Assembly (NCBI GenBank): GCA_021498095.1
Contig: JAIZWK010000001.1
Span: 2,730,001 to 2,762,000 of the forward strand
Length of the DNA: 32,000 bases
Origin: Candidatus Harpocratesius repetitus
Lineage (GTDB): Archaea > Asgardarchaeota > Lokiarchaeia > Sigyniarchaeales > Promethearchaeaceae
Reading direction: 5' to 3'
Of this stretch, positions 17,955 through 27,676 are shown piece by piece. Each line of letters opens with the position of its first letter. Positions within the stretch are counted from its first letter, which is position 1. The notes beneath the pieces were generated by a model, which saw only the letters and a program-made list of their open reading frames with translations, ran no database searches and was not told the DNA's origin. A program made the position numbers and the translations under genes.

Positions 17955-20900
17955 TTATTCTTTATCATCTAAAATTAAATCATTGAAAACTGCAAAAAAT
18001 ATTTGTCTATTTTTTACCGGAGCCATTAACACACTAAGTTTAAATTCTTTTAATCCAATCATTGTTATTATTTCTAATTTTTCTGAATAAATTTGTCCTT
18101 TCTTTAATCCTCTTAATTTCTCTAAAATTTTATCATATGTATTCATTTTTTTTTGTAATAAAGGTTCAAGCTTTCTTGCTCTATTTCTCTCTAGGTTTCT
18201 ATGAGAAATGTTTAATTTTATTTCATCGTTATTCAATTTATTTTGAAATGCCAAATTTGTAAAAAGAAAGTTTAGATTATTTTTAGTTTTAATTTCGAAA
18301 ATACATATTGGAATTTCAATATATCTTAATACTTCAATTAAATCACTATATATATCGATTTTTTTGTTTTTGTTTAATGCAAAACCAATTAATATTGCCA
18401 CATTAAGAGCTAGTTTTCGTAAATGAGATGTAAATTCAAATGATTTTTGAGTAGATATTATTATTAAATGTCCAGCTATGATGTTATTCTTGAAGATTGG
18501 AACTTCAACCATCTTTTCAATTCCTAAATGTTCCATAATCGTTCTAGCATCAAGTGGAAAATCCTTTGGCGTTAATGAACGAATAATTTCTGAAGGTCTT
18601 TTTTCATGAGCGATTATTTCAAAGTAATTAACAATAGGCATTTCCAGCAGGCTTAATTCTTGATTATTCTCTGGATTTTTTTGCCATATTTCACGAATTT
18701 CAAATGTGATATTTCTATAAGAAAAATCTCGTTCTAGAGCATATATATAATCTACCTTAATTGTTTTACCTAAAGTACGAAGAATTGGAGCAATATTCAC
18801 TCTTGAATGATGAGAATCATGAATTAACATAGATGAAATCATAGAAATTACATTAGAGTATTGTAGATTCAATTCTCTATCGCGCAATTCTCTTTCTTTC
18901 CTTCGAATTTCTGTAATATCGCGTGAAACACATAAGAATGAAACGATTTCTCCTTCACTATTAAGTAATGGTCTGGTTTTTGTTTGAAGTAATAAATAAA
19001 TTCCAGATTGTTTTCTGAATCTATATTCTATATTTGAGTCATTATTATTACCAGATTTGATTTTTCTAAGGTTTCCCAAGAATAATTCTTTATCGTCAGG
19101 ATGAATTAAATAATGATGATTTAATTGATCAAGAATTTCTTTTGAATAATTTAATTTTTCATAAACGCTATTATTTGCAAATAGAATTTTTCCATTTTCT
19201 TTAATAATAAATATCAAATCATCTGAAGTTTCAACCACATTTCGATATTTAGATTCAGATTCCCTTATTTTTTCTTCATCTTTTTTACGAGCGGTAATAT
19301 TTCTTGTTACTCCTCGAAAACCCTTAAGTTTTCCATCTTGAGTTAAAATACCTACACCATGTGTCTCTAAATAGACAATATTACCGTTTTTATGATAACA
19401 TTCAAATATATAATTTTGAAATCCGTGATAACCTTGTTGATATAATAAACCTTTATTTATGTGATTGGAAAAATCTTTCCAAATTCTCTTTTTTACTTCA
19501 GGTTTAAGAGAAAGCATATCAAAAGATCTACCAATAAAATAATCTGGAGAATATCCAAGAATTTTATAGCAAGTGGGACTAATATAAACAAAATTTCCAT
19601 GTATATCAATTTCCCAAATAATATCACTGCTACTTTCAACTAAAGCATGAAATTTACGTTCACTTTCAGCCAATTTTATTCGAGCTAATTTTTCTTTAGT
19701 AATATCAACTTGAGAAATAAACAATAATGGGCCTTTTTCGCTTTCAAATTTTGTTATGGAAATTAGTGCCCAATATGTAGAACCTAAAGCATTTTTAAAT
19801 TGGATTTCGTATTTATCAATTCGTTCATTTTTTTCAAGAAGGTCTAAAATTATCTTTCGTTCTTCCATATTTGCATAAAGTGTCCTGGGATCAATATTTT
19901 TTACTTCTTCGCGTGAACATCCAAGTAATTTTAATTGGGTTTCATTTATTTCTAAAATATGTCCATTAAGATCGACAATTGCAATTCCAATTGGTGAATT
20001 TTGGAATAATTTTTCATATTTAATCTCTGTTTCAGTTAAAATTGCTTGTGTATTTGTCATTGATGTTAAATCTTCTGTAATTACAATGATGTGCTCTATT
20101 ATTTTTTTGTCATTATCAGATTGATTAATTAATTTTGATTTATTTGTTTTAAAAACAGGGAAAATGGTTAATTTAAATGATAGAGTTTCATTTAATGAAA
20201 GGTTTGGAATTAAATTGTGATCCAATTGAATTAAAGGAATTTTTACAATTTCTCCTTTTAATACTTTTTTAACTTTTTCCATTAAACCTAATTTAATTAA
20301 GATTCTATCTTTGAACAAATTTAGTTCAAAATTTTTTTCTTTTAGTTTGTTCTTAAAAAATCTTTTAATAACAGGGTTACATGATTCAAAATACCCATTT
20401 CCATCAAAAATAGTTGTTCCAAATGGATTAAAATTAATTACATTTTCTAAAATCTGCCTTTCTTGCGATAATTGAATTTCCACAGATTCTCTTTCCAAAG
20501 CATTTCCGAGTAAATCAGTATAGATTTTCAATAAAGTAAAATAATCTTTATTAACAATTTGATTCTCAAATCTAATTAATAGCGTTCCTATAATCATATC
20601 TTGATGTCGAATTGGAAAGAAAACTGAATAAGTTTCATCCATATTTCGGAATATATCTTGAAAAATTATTGGATAAAGTGGGTGATTCTTTGTATAACGA
20701 AAAGAAATCCATTCTTCACGTTGTAAAATTTGAAAAAATGGTGATTTCTTCTTTAAGAAGAATGAAGGATTTCCAATAAATGAGTAGTCATATCCATCTT
20801 TGATCCAATAATTAATAAGATCTACTTTTATTGAATCAATTGAAAATGAATTTTCGGAATTTTGAATTATATTTTTAATTGTTCTATTTTGATGTTCTTT

Positions 20901-22652
20901 AAATTCGAAAAGCATAATTTCTGAGCATTTAATAAACTCAGAAATATCTGCAAAAGATTCTTCTATTATTCTGGAGATATCATATGATTTAATGAATTTA
21001 GCGGAGATTTCAGCTAATTTTTGTTGAAATTCAAGTCGAAATTTCAATTCTTTTTCAATTTTTCTTCGATTAGTTATATCAATAGCAAATACCATATGAG
21101 CAATAGTTTTTTTTTTCCATTTTATTAATCGAGTAGATAATAGATAATATTTTTGCAAAAATGAATTGTAATGTTCAAAACGAATAGATAAATTTTCAAT
21201 GAAATGATTTTCATCCATTTTTGATAATGCAGGAGTTACTTTCTGTTGAAAATCAAATACAATGTCATCAATTGGGCCATAATGAATAGATAAATTTTTT
21301 AACTTTTGATTAGCAAAAAGAATTTTTTGTTGATTTGGTTGATAAACATAAGTAATTTCAGGAAAACTATCAAAAATAGAAAGTAATTGCTCTCGCTCAA
21401 AATCTAATTCTGCTTTAACTTTAGTTTGTTGTGTTTTATCTTCAAACATGAAAATAATTCTTTCAACCTTCTTTTGATGATTAAATATTGGAAAAGCTAT
21501 AATTCTTAATGACAAATCCCAAAGAGGATATCTATTAAATTGATGTTTTTTCAAATTTAACAAAGGTATTTCTATTGTATTTCCATTAAGTAGACTTTGA
21601 TATTTTTCTTCTAAATTATGTTCTTTTATGTTTGAAATATCAAATAGATGAAAATCTGATGGAAGTTGAAATCCAAGAATATTAATTAATGCATTGTTTG
21701 ATTCGATAAAATTTCCTTCTTCATCAAAAATGGCAATACCATATGGATTAAGATGAAAGAAATCTTTTTGAGTCTTTGTTTCGATTTCTATACGTTCTTC
21801 TAGTTTTTTTTGATAATCTTCTAATTTTCGAGTGAATTGTAATTGAACTGATATGTCTTCAAATATAATAACAGGATAATACACTTGTTCTTCATTATCA
21901 TAGAGAGAAAAAAAAGTAAGATTAAACCATTTTTTATTTAAATTATCTGTAGTTTTCCTTTCTAAATCATTAATTTCAAAATTAAGAGAAACTTTTTTCA
22001 AAACAAAAGAATTTCCCTTTTGAATTTCTCGCATTCCTTCATAAAACCCTTCTTTCTGTAATAATGTTGAATCATCATATAATGAATAGCTCTCAGATGG
22101 TTCATGATTAAAAATTTGATAAAAAGCTTTATTTGCATGTAAAAAATAACCTTTTGGATCAAAAATCGCTATTGCATATGGATTTGACTCAATTATTTTA
22201 TCAAATAGACGCTTATCTTCCAAGAATCGAGAGATTTGAGAAAATGAACGAGATTTAGTTTTGTTTGTATTATTATTTGAATTACTGTGATTCTCAATAA
22301 TTAATAGAAATAACTTTTGTGATGAATTTTGATGAGCTAAAGATAAATGAGCAATAATTGAATATTGTTGCGAAAAAGTATTAATTGTGAGTTCTAAAAC
22401 CTCACAGTCTAAAAATTTTTCCTGTTCAATTATACCTTCAATCATATTTATTGATTTTTGCTCTAAAAATTCAAATATTGAGTGTTTTTCTAATTCTTCT
22501 GCATTGTATTCTAAAAAATTTGCAGTAAAACTATTTACAAAAATGATATCTCCGTGGCTGGAAAAAATCAAGACTGGCTTCTCAATGTACTCAAATATAC
22601 TTAAATCAATAGTATTTAATTTCCAATCTGTCTTTTCCATTCCATAACTCAC
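17955..22652 (-). CDS. Multi-PAS/GAF sensory protein (about 9 PAS and 2 GAF domains), no recognisable output domain
   Basis: Repeated PAS starts (e.g. ESNPYAIAIFDPKGYFLHAN, QNSPIGIAIVDLNGHILEIN, ESSSDIIWEIDIHGNFVYIS) and PAC ends (DITNRRK, RNITARK, RDITEIRR). Two GAF-like blocks (PIRHQDMIIGTLLI, VPIFKNNIIAGHLII). Confidence 0.85.
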   Translation of the reverse strand: MSYGMEKTDWKLNTIDLSIFEYIEKPVLIFSSHGDIIFVNSFTANFLEYNAEELEKHSIFEFLEQKSINMIEGIIEQEKFLDCEVLELTINTFSQQYSIIAHLSLAHQNSSQKLFLLIIENHSNSNNNTNKTKSRSFSQISRFLEDKRLFDKIIESNPYAIAIFDPKGYFLHANKAFYQIFNHEPSESYSLYDDSTLLQKEGFYEGMREIQKGNSFVLKKVSLNFEINDLERKTTDNLNKKWFNLTFFSLYDNEEQVYYPVIIFEDISVQLQFTRKLEDYQKKLEERIEIETKTQKDFFHLNPYGIAIFDEEGNFIESNNALINILGFQLPSDFHLFDISNIKEHNLEEKYQSLLNGNTIEIPLLNLKKHQFNRYPLWDLSLRIIAFPIFNHQKKVERIIFMFEDKTQQTKVKAELDFEREQLLSIFDSFPEITYVYQPNQQKILFANQKLKNLSIHYGPIDDIVFDFQQKVTPALSKMDENHFIENLSIRFEHYNSFLQKYYLLSTRLIKWKKKTIAHMVFAIDITNRRKIEKELKFRLEFQQKLAEISAKFIKSYDISRIIEESFADISEFIKCSEIMLFEFKEHQNRTIKNIIQNSENSFSIDSIKVDLINYWIKDGYDYSFIGNPSFFLKKKSPFFQILQREEWISFRYTKNHPLYPIIFQDIFRNMDETYSVFFPIRHQDMIIGTLLIRFENQIVNKDYFTLLKIYTDLLGNALERESVEIQLSQERQILENVINFNPFGTTIFDGNGYFESCNPVIKRFFKNKLKEKNFELNLFKDRILIKLGLMEKVKKVLKGEIVKIPLIQLDHNLIPNLSLNETLSFKLTIFPVFKTNKSKLINQSDNDKKIIEHIIVITEDLTSMTNTQAILTETEIKYEKLFQNSPIGIAIVDLNGHILEINETQLKLLGCSREEVKNIDPRTLYANMEERKIILDLLEKNERIDKYEIQFKNALGSTYWALISITKFESEKGPLLFISQVDITKEKLARIKLAESERKFHALVESSSDIIWEIDIHGNFVYISPTCYKILGYSPDYFIGRSFDMLSLKPEVKKRIWKDFSNHINKGLLYQQGYHGFQNYIFECYHKNGNIVYLETHGVGILTQDGKLKGFRGVTRNITARKKDEEKIRESESKYRNVVETSDDLIFIIKENGKILFANNSVYEKLNYSKEILDQLNHHYLIHPDDKELFLGNLRKIKSGNNNDSNIEYRFRKQSGIYLLLQTKTRPLLNSEGEIVSFLCVSRDITEIRRKERELRDRELNLQYSNVISMISSMLIHDSHHSRVNIAPILRTLGKTIKVDYIYALERDFSYRNITFEIREIWQKNPENNQELSLLEMPIVNYFEIIAHEKRPSEIIRSLTPKDFPLDARTIMEHLGIEKMVEVPIFKNNIIAGHLIIISTQKSFEFTSHLRKLALNVAILIGFALNKNKKIDIYSDLIEVLRYIEIPICIFEIKTKNNLNFLFTNLAFQNKLNNDEIKLNISHRNLERNRARKLEPLLQKKMNTYDKILEKLRGLKKGQIYSEKLEIITMIGLKEFKLSVLMAPVKNRQIFFAVFNDLILDDKE

Positions 22653-23098
22653 ATACTGATTCTTTTTTTATTTTTTCTCTTTATCTCTTTTTCTTCTTAC
22701 TAAAAATTAAATAATCATCAATTAAATAGCTGATAATATTATTTGAATTTTAATGTTTTAATACATTATTGTAATTACTAATAACTTTTTTTATGAATGT
22801 TTTGTTAGACATTTCAAATTATTTTGCAATATTGCAATTATTTCATAATCCATAAAATTAAATTTATATTTTTTTAAGGATTTATCGTTGGAGAAAGAAA
22901 AAATTTATAAAGTATTTCTTTCAAGAACAATGCTCTAATAATAAAGATTATTAATTTTTTTCAAATTTAGAATTATATAATACAAGATAATTGTAAATCT
23001 TTAAGAAATATATAAATCAGTCAAAAAATAAAATCAAAATAATTCACCGTATTAAAAATGTAAATAAATAATGATTTCTTCCATAGGACGCTATAGTT

Positions 23099-23890
23099 AT
23101 GAATAAAAAACTTGAACATCCAACAAAAGCTTTTCAATATCTTGATAAATGGCATAAAACTTCTCTTTCATCTATGGCAGATAATCAGCTTGCATATCTT
23201 CTTAAATTGCTAATAAACGATATGGAAAATCAAAATTATTCAATTTTTAAAGAATATATGAATCAAATTCTTTCTCATTTACCAATTAAAATTTTGCCTT
23301 TATTTTTAGAAAACATAATTCATTCAAACGATCCAGAATGGTTTCAACAAAATTGTATAAATTTTTTAATTCATGCAAATCGTCCTATTTACCAAATCAA
23401 AGGTCTACAAATTATTCAAAAAAATAATGATGAAACGCTGATTCCTCTAGCAATTCCTCTGATTTATCATTCACATCTTCCTTTACAACAAGAAGCTATA
23501 AAAACAATAATTCAATTTCCATCAATCAGCGAACCAATTTTAGAAAACGCTTTAAGATCAAGAAGTGAAAAGAAATTAAATATAGTTAAGAAAGTGCTTA
23601 ATCAGTTAAATCCAAACAATATAAAACTAGCCGTAGCAGAATTAAATAATCCTGATTTTTTAATTAGAGTAAATGCATTGAAAATTTTAGGAAGCACTGG
23701 GGATAGGAAATGGATAACAAAAATTCTCCCATTTTTAGAAGACGATGATATGGCGGTTAGAAAGGCAGCAATCGAAGCGCTTTCACAATTGGGAGGAAGA
23801 AAAGCAAAACAAATACTAAGTCAAACTCTTATTCGAGAAGATTATCCTCCATTAAAACTGATTATTCAAAAGCAATTAAAAAAATGGTAA
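23099..23890 (+). CDS. HEAT-repeat (PBS-lyase/HEAT_2-like) protein
   Basis: LNNPDFLIRVNALKILG and FLEDDDMAVRKAAIEALSQLGG are typical HEAT_2 units; the protein is all-helical. Confidence 0.8.
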   Translation: MNKKLEHPTKAFQYLDKWHKTSLSSMADNQLAYLLKLLINDMENQNYSIFKEYMNQILSHLPIKILPLFLENIIHSNDPEWFQQNCINFLIHANRPIYQIKGLQIIQKNNDETLIPLAIPLIYHSHLPLQQEAIKTIIQFPSISEPILENALRSRSEKKLNIVKKVLNQLNPNNIKLAVAELNNPDFLIRVNALKILGSTGDRKWITKILPFLEDDDMAVRKAAIEALSQLGGRKAKQILSQTLIREDYPPLKLIIQKQLKKW

Positions 23891-23901
23891 TATTCTTTAT
23901 T

Positions 23902-24537
23902 TCAATTTTGACTAATTAATTCTCCATTTTGATACACTTTACGTTTTAAAATTAATTCAATTGGAATATCTAAACCTTGAAAAATTTCAACTAAAGTTTG
24001 TGCTATACGTGTATTTTCTCTGATTTCGCGCAGATGAACGCGAAAATTAGAAGTATTTCGTTTTGAAAAGATCCATTTTTCTCGAAAATCTTTAGATTCA
24101 CCTTCTTTTTTAGAAAATCCTAATAATTGCAATGATGAATGATATTTAAGCGAATTTAATGTTAATTTTTTATTCGTATCTCTATTATCTTCGGTTATAT
24201 CTTCTACCAAAATAAAACTTAGATCTGAGATTTTTTCCGATGAAAGTGGAATAATCATAAATATAATTTTTAATTGTATTTTCCATTGATTTTTATCAAG
24301 ATCTATCCTCAAATGCTTGATAGGTAAAATGAACCAGAGTAAAATTCCAAGAAATATAACATCCCAAAGTAATAACGCTAAATCAGAAGGATAACGTTTA
24401 ATCCAAGCTAAAATTGAGAAAATTAGAAAAACTAGCAAAAATATGCTAATAGAATAAATCTGTTCTAGATTATCTTTCCAGTTTCGGATAATATCAATAC
24501 GGTAGGGAGAATTTGGATCGAACTTAATTTCAACCAT
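23902..24537 (-). CDS. Hypothetical membrane protein (2 N-terminal TM helices plus a soluble domain)
   Basis: Hydrophobic segments IYSISIFLLVFLIFSILAWI and LALLLWDVIFLGILLWFILPI; 211-aa ORF filling the gap between its neighbours. Confidence 0.7.
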   Translation of the reverse strand: MVEIKFDPNSPYRIDIIRNWKDNLEQIYSISIFLLVFLIFSILAWIKRYPSDLALLLWDVIFLGILLWFILPIKHLRIDLDKNQWKIQLKIIFMIIPLSSEKISDLSFILVEDITEDNRDTNKKLTLNSLKYHSSLQLLGFSKKEGESKDFREKWIFSKRNTSNFRVHLREIRENTRIAQTLVEIFQGLDIPIELILKRKVYQNGELISQN

Positions 24538-24712
24538 AATATACTACTTACTTAGAAATTGGCTAATGATAAATTTTTTGATTAAAGAACACTAAATTAA
24601 TTAAGGAAGTTGACCAACTTTTGTTAATACAATTAAAATAATTTAATCACATACATAATTCTGTTCTGAAAGTGGCTTCTATTATTCTCGCCGATGATAA
24701 CAGTGAAAAAAA

Positions 24713-25252
24713 ATGTCAAGAGATATTGATTATACCTTCAAAATTCTTATGTTGGGTTCTGCATCTACAGGTAAATCTTCTTTATCTGATAGATACGTGC
24801 ATGGAATATTTTCTGAAGATATTAAACTTACAGTTGGAGTTGAATTCTTTGTAAAAACAATTCATTATAAAGATAAATTTGTGAAACTCCAAATTTGGGA
24901 TCTCGGCGGAGAATCCAAATTTCGCTTTCTTCTGCCAACCTATTGTCTTGGATCGTCTGGTGCAATATTTCTTTTTGATCTTACCCGACCAGAAACATTA
25001 CATGAACTTGATTCTTGGATCGGAATTGTTAGAGAAAAAAATAGTCAAATACCTATTTTCTTAGTAGGAAATAAAAAAGATCTAACAGATATTCGAAAAG
25101 TTCCTGAAGATCATGGGATTCAAACTGCAATTCAAAATAATTTGACCGAATATATTGAAACATCAGCAAAATCCGGCGAAAATGTTGAATTTATTTTTCA
25201 AAGTTTAACAGAACATATGTTAAAAAAGATTGAACGATTAAAACTGCATTAA
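24713..25252 (+). CDS. Rab-like small GTPase (Ras superfamily, Asgard type)
   Basis: G1 GSASTGKSS, G2 LTVGVEF, G3 WDLGGE, G4 GNKKD, G5 ETSAK; RabF2 KLQIW is exact; no C-terminal CC/CXC prenylation motif. Confidence 0.92.
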   Translation: MSRDIDYTFKILMLGSASTGKSSLSDRYVHGIFSEDIKLTVGVEFFVKTIHYKDKFVKLQIWDLGGESKFRFLLPTYCLGSSGAIFLFDLTRPETLHELDSWIGIVREKNSQIPIFLVGNKKDLTDIRKVPEDHGIQTAIQNNLTEYIETSAKSGENVEFIFQSLTEHMLKKIERLKLH

Positions 25253-25263
25253 GAGGGGTAATC

Positions 25264-26244
25264 ATGAATACAGATGGAAGGATTGCATTTTTGGTTGATC
25301 TTTTTCATTCAATTGATATTCGAGAAAAAGGAATTGAATATATTTATGATCTACTCCTTCAAAAACAAAGTGTTGAAGATATTAAAGAATTCATTGATAA
25401 TAGCGAACTTAGTTTGAAAAGAACCTATAAAGTAATCCAATTACTTGAAAAACTTGGCTTAATTCAAGTTTATAATCGACCAATGATTGTAAATATAAAG
25501 GATCCTATATCATCATGGGAAATTTTAATTTCAGAAAAAATAAAACAGATTAGAACAGAAGCAGATCGAAGAATAGAAAATTGTGAGATTTGTTTTCATA
25601 ATTTTGTTGATGAATATAAATTAAATCCAGAAAGTATATCAGTTCCACCTGTTGAATTTATAAATATAAATCCTAATGATTACTCTCCAGATTTTTTCAA
25701 AAATGAAATTATCGGTAAAGCTAAATCTTTTTGTATTGCAAAAGGTGATATAATAAAGACTTCTTTTAATGAAAAATTAAAATTATTAATTAAAAATATA
25801 TCAGTTTCTGATTTAGAATCACAAAATACATTTCTTTCATATTGTAAAGAATGGAAAGAAGCAATTCCTTCCCTTACTTTAGAAGTTTTAATAACTGAAG
25901 AATATTTGCATAATAAATTAGAGATATTCAAAGAAAAAGAGATTTCTTTTATTGAAGATTTAGTAAAAAGCGAAATTAAATTTGATTCAATTAAAATAAA
26001 AGTCACAAAAAATGTCCTAACTAATTTTCTATTAAAAAACAATAATGAATTAATTCAGTACTCCACCTCTCCAGATAATGCCCTAATTGGTCTTTTTATT
26101 TCAAGACAACATGAGATTTGTGAGATCTTTACTAAAAAATATACTTATGAATTTGATAATGCTATTAATTTGGATAGTTATTATATTAAAAACTTTAATC
26201 GTTCTCTCACAATTTTTGAAATCTTCTATTTGACTTTAATATAA
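25264..26244 (+). CDS. TrmB-like transcriptional regulator (N-terminal winged HTH)
   Basis: YIYDLLL...SELSLKRTYKVIQLLEKLGLIQVYNRP...KDP resembles the TrmB wHTH, followed by a coiled helix and an alpha/beta C-terminal domain. Starts 11 bp after the GTPase stop with a GAGGGG RBS. Confidence 0.6.
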   Translation: MNTDGRIAFLVDLFHSIDIREKGIEYIYDLLLQKQSVEDIKEFIDNSELSLKRTYKVIQLLEKLGLIQVYNRPMIVNIKDPISSWEILISEKIKQIRTEADRRIENCEICFHNFVDEYKLNPESISVPPVEFININPNDYSPDFFKNEIIGKAKSFCIAKGDIIKTSFNEKLKLLIKNISVSDLESQNTFLSYCKEWKEAIPSLTLEVLITEEYLHNKLEIFKEKEISFIEDLVKSEIKFDSIKIKVTKNVLTNFLLKNNNELIQYSTSPDNALIGLFISRQHEICEIFTKKYTYEFDNAINLDSYYIKNFNRSLTIFEIFYLTLI

Positions 26245-26501
26245 CAACAAATTATTATATCTCTTATGACCACAATTCTGATTTCTATGAACTTCAAATC
26301 AACTAAGCAAATACATATTGGATATGAATTAGATATTTCACTTTTTGACATTAAAAAATACCATCGAAATTACCTTCAAAAGATTATTTGAATGGATTAT
26401 TTATATACAAAAAAGGGCAAATATTCCCAATTGGATTCAACCTGCAATACATTTTAAAAACGGCGGAAGAAAATACTTTAGTTATGAAGTTTCGCAAGCT
26501 T

Positions 26502-26828
26502 TCAATAATCCAAATTTTCAAAATAACTTCCTGCCCATATTCCAATAATAATTGCAAAGTCACCGTACCGATCTAAAGTAGAATCCAAAAATGCGCCAAA
26601 TTTTGTTGGACCTTGTAATCTTGCTATAATACCATCTAATTGGTCAAAGAATTCAATAAAAAGAAGTGCAATAATTGTAATTATTAGATTATTTAAATAA
26701 TATCCAATCCCTGTAATGATTGAAAATAAGCAGCTCATAATTGTAAAATAATTTGCAGGAATTTTTTGGAATTTTCTACCAATTGGAGAGAGGAGTTTGC
26801 TCGAATACCGTTTCATTTGAAAAAGCAT
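26502..26828 (-). pseudogene. C-terminally truncated CDP-alcohol phosphatidyltransferase (PgsA/archaetidylinositol-phosphate synthase-like)
   Basis: Complete signature DQLDGIIARLQGPTKFGAFLDSTLDRYGD and IPANYFT motif, but a TGA stop at codon 109; family members are normally about 180-200 aa. No continuation found in other frames. Confidence 0.65.
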
Positions 26829-27265
26829 AGAATAATCAACTAAATTTATTTTATTTTATATTAAAAAAACTTGAAAATTTTGAAAATTTAATTAATAAAA
26901 AAAGGATTCAATTAAATGAGGGTATTTTAAATTTCAAAGATTCGAATTTTCTCATTTCATCATCTTAATTCTCCCGACTCAAATCTAAAATATCCTTCCT
27001 TATTTTTTGTCGATTTTATCGACGTACCAAATTCAAGGTATGAAAATCAATAATTTTAATAAAATCGACTTCAGATTGAAGAATTTATAAACAGGATGGT
27101 ATATTTTTAACAAATTCTTTGAAAAAATCGAGTTCGACAAAAAAAGAATTGCGATATTTCAAATTTAAGTCGGATATATGTAAATGATATTCAAAAAAGC
27201 GTTTAAATTAAAAAAGATAAAACATCCTCAAATAAATAATTCAATTTTTATTTTGATTAAAAGAA

Positions 27266-27676
27266 TTAAACATTTTCACCAAAAATCTGTATATAGATTT
27301 TTCTTGCACGAGGTCCATCAAATTCACAGAAAAATATACCTTGCCAAGATCCAAGGACTAATTCACCATTTTCAATTGGAATATCTAGGGAACTACCAAA
27401 TAAAGTGGATTTAAAATGAGCATCTGAGTTTCCTTCAACATTTAGTAATTGTTTGTGAGGAATAAGTGGCTGTAAAATTGTTTTTATATCACGTAACACG
27501 TCGGGGTTTGCATTCTGAATAATAGAAACAGAAGCAGTAGTATGAGGACAAAAAATCTTTGCAAATCCTGTTTTAACATTGGTTTTTTTTAAAATCTTTT
27601 TTATTTTTTGAGTTATTTGAACAAATTCTTCACGTCTGTTTGTTTTTAAGGAAAAATTATATGTTTCTAAAAACGT
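27266..27676 (-). CDS. yjbQ: YjbQ family protein (secondary thiamine-phosphate synthase-like), no canonical in-frame start
   Basis: HTTAS, EGNSDAHFK, LGSWQGIFFCEFDGPRAR motifs. The frame is open upstream of the track's GTG (27499) to an in-frame TAA at 27692-27694. ACG at 27676 lies 9 nt after GGAGG and would give 136 aa. Confidence 0.8.
   Translation of the reverse strand, partial: TFLETYNFSLKTNRREEFVQITQKIKKILKKTNVKTGFAKIFCPHTTASVSIIQNANPDVLRDIKTILQPLIPHKQLLNVEGNSDAHFKSTLFGSSLDIPIENGELVLGSWQGIFFCEFDGPRARKIYIQIFGENV

Noticed and set aside
17955-22652. Annotation as a sensor histidine kinase
   Set aside because: No H-box or HATPase N/G1/F/G2 boxes anywhere in the ORF.
14777-22652. GC contrast between the FAD/Fe-S operon (higher) and the PAS gene (very low) as a sign of horizontal transfer
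   Set aside because: Plausibly explained by amino-acid composition (Gly/Pro/Ala-rich enzymes versus Ile/Lys/Asn/Phe-rich sensor); no integrase, transposase, tRNA or flanking repeats seen. Codon-position GC analysis would be needed.
26478-26504. Selenocysteine or TGA read-through rescuing the truncated phosphatidyltransferase
   Set aside because: An in-frame TAA follows after only 7 codons (KLAKLHN), so read-through does not restore the protein.
26266-26576. Short plus-strand ORFs (26345-26548, 26388-26576) downstream of the TrmB-like gene
   Set aside because: Short, overlapping each other and the antisense phosphatidyltransferase, with no motif or RBS.
26965-27225. Possible decayed gene on the minus strand (ATG at 27225, 87 codons with 3 internal TAA; ...EVDFIKII...KIRKDILDLSREN)
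   Set aside because: No convincing family motif; protein-like stretches arise by chance in AT-rich DNA. A tBLASTx search would be needed.
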